From NCBI RefSeq assembly GCF_964355755.1, contig NC_092677.1, positions 13,910,101 to 13,974,100 of the forward strand: a stretch of DNA of 64,000 nucleotides. The letters are read 5' to 3'. Both the position numbers and the translations under genes were made by a program. Of this stretch, positions 62,524-64,000 are shown piece after piece. The notes under the pieces are model-generated. The model made no database searches. It was not told the DNA's origin and saw only the letters and a program-made list of their open reading frames with translations. The DNA comes from Antedon mediterranea. Its lineage: Eukaryota; Animalia; Echinodermata. Positions within the stretch are counted from its first letter, which is position 1. Each line of letters opens with the position of its first letter.

Positions 62524-64000
62524 CCAGGTTGCATACAATACGAAAATACTAAACATATGTTGAAGACCTGGTTGGTATTAATTTCAGATAAATTTTAGAC
62601 TAGCAATTAGACAGAATTTTTTATTTACGGTAACACAAATATAAAATACTGTACATATTCTTATTTCAAGTGGGAATAACTCCTGATTATGGATCAATGT
62701 TGCTTTCCTTGGTAAAATAATCTAATAAATTAATTTAGGTAAATTTAAGTCAATTAGCAGATGCTATAAGTAAATTAGATAAAGATTTTACGCATATTAA
62801 AGTCCATGATTCACAGTGAAATCCATAAAGTAAGTTTAATAATGGATGAATATTACAGTGATGCTATTTGAAGCTATGGATGGCACCTGCAATAGTATGC
62901 AAAGCAGGTGATAATTAGTAGGTCAGCACCTGTAGTATTCAAAGCATGATTCATCTTTAAGAGTTTTAATTAACCCAATATTTTTCTGAACTGTTGTACA
63001 GTACTGTATGTTAGTTATTTATTATGTTCTTCATGGGAAAATGCAGTTAAAATTTAATCATAAAAATAATTGCGTAGTAAAGAACAAACTTTTCATGTGA
63101 CCCAACCCTAGACAAGAACTCATTCTGTTTCAATGTTTGATAACAATATGCACCCTTCCATTTAACCAAATCTGATTCATGCTTTCTTGTCCTAGTTTAG
63201 AAGAAATAATTTTTGCGCTGCTCCTTTAGGCATGAGAATGGAAGCATTAGGAAGCAGTTACCATGCGGTAGCTAATAGTTTACTACGGCTGAAAAAATGT
63301 GTATTGGAAACTCGGACTGGGAATGCCCACACCCTAAAGCACGTCTGGGAAAAGAGAATTTGTGAAAACATTTGGTGAGAAATATTGAGATGCACGATAC
63401 AGTAGTTATCGTGAGATGAGCTGTGTCAGTGTCTATAAAATATAGTTTACTTAAAAAATTAATATTTTTAATAATGCATTCTACAAGTGTAGTACCGCGA
63501 GTATATGCTTTTAGTTTCAACATTGACATTTCCAGGGTATATCAAACTATTAATTATCTTAAGAAGAAATAATGTATTTATAATCTCTTTTATTGTACAA
63601 TTTCACAACGTGTACCAGAAATAATAAGATAAATCCTATGTCGTGCTCGACCCCATTTATTTGTTTGCCCAATATTGGCACATTGCTGCGTAGGAAATCT
63701 GTATTTCCTCTACTGTATTCCAGCCAATCAGGGCAAGGGATGCTTAGTATTTGATACCGACAACTGAACGTGATGAGACCCCAGCCTTTGAATCTGTGGT
63801 AAATGACTGGTCTCCAGATACAAGTCACCTTAGCCACCTCCTTCCTATCGTAACTTAATTACATATTTTTCATACTTTGATAAAGACATCACACAAACTT
63901 GCGACAGATACAGGCGTAGCCTGGCACTGGCAGGCAATTTAATTTTTTTTTGAGTTAAATGCTTTTTAGTTTACTTTCAGCACTCATCAGGATTTTTTAA

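Noticed and set aside
63950-63993. Minus-strand CTGATGAGTGCT...AGCA hammerhead-like sequence (also CTGAAGA at ~1826)
   Set aside because: There is no GAAA after stem II, so the catalytic core is incomplete.

Overview
AT-rich (~one-third GC) eukaryotic DNA with GT-AG introns, most likely a marine invertebrate deuterostome such as an echinoderm (inferred from HYR-domain adhesion GPCRs, a Deu/Nin-domain SINE and a chordate-like Tbx20). Four multi-exon genes can be spliced by hand on the + strand: Tbx20 (9203-25298, 7 coding exons, ~478 aa), a B4GALT5/6-like beta-1,4-galactosyltransferase (27362-31802, 8 exons, ~439 aa), and two tandem HYR-GAIN-7TM adhesion GPCR paralogues (38270-45416 and 46604-56576). 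An internally deleted third GPCR copy precedes them. Also present: two degenerate tRNA-Val(AAC) genes in Tbx20 intron 2, a Penelope-type minimal hammerhead ribozyme, several SINEs, LINE 3' ends, MITEs and tandem repeats. The most striking unexplained signal is ~50 copies of the palindrome TAGGCCTA, plus TACAGTA/TACCGTA/TACCGGTA. Comparing duplicated segments inside this window shows TA in one copy and TA-GGCC-TA in the other, which points to a short-insertion or transposon-footprint process at TA sites. All counts and alignments were done by eye, and homologue comparisons are from memory.
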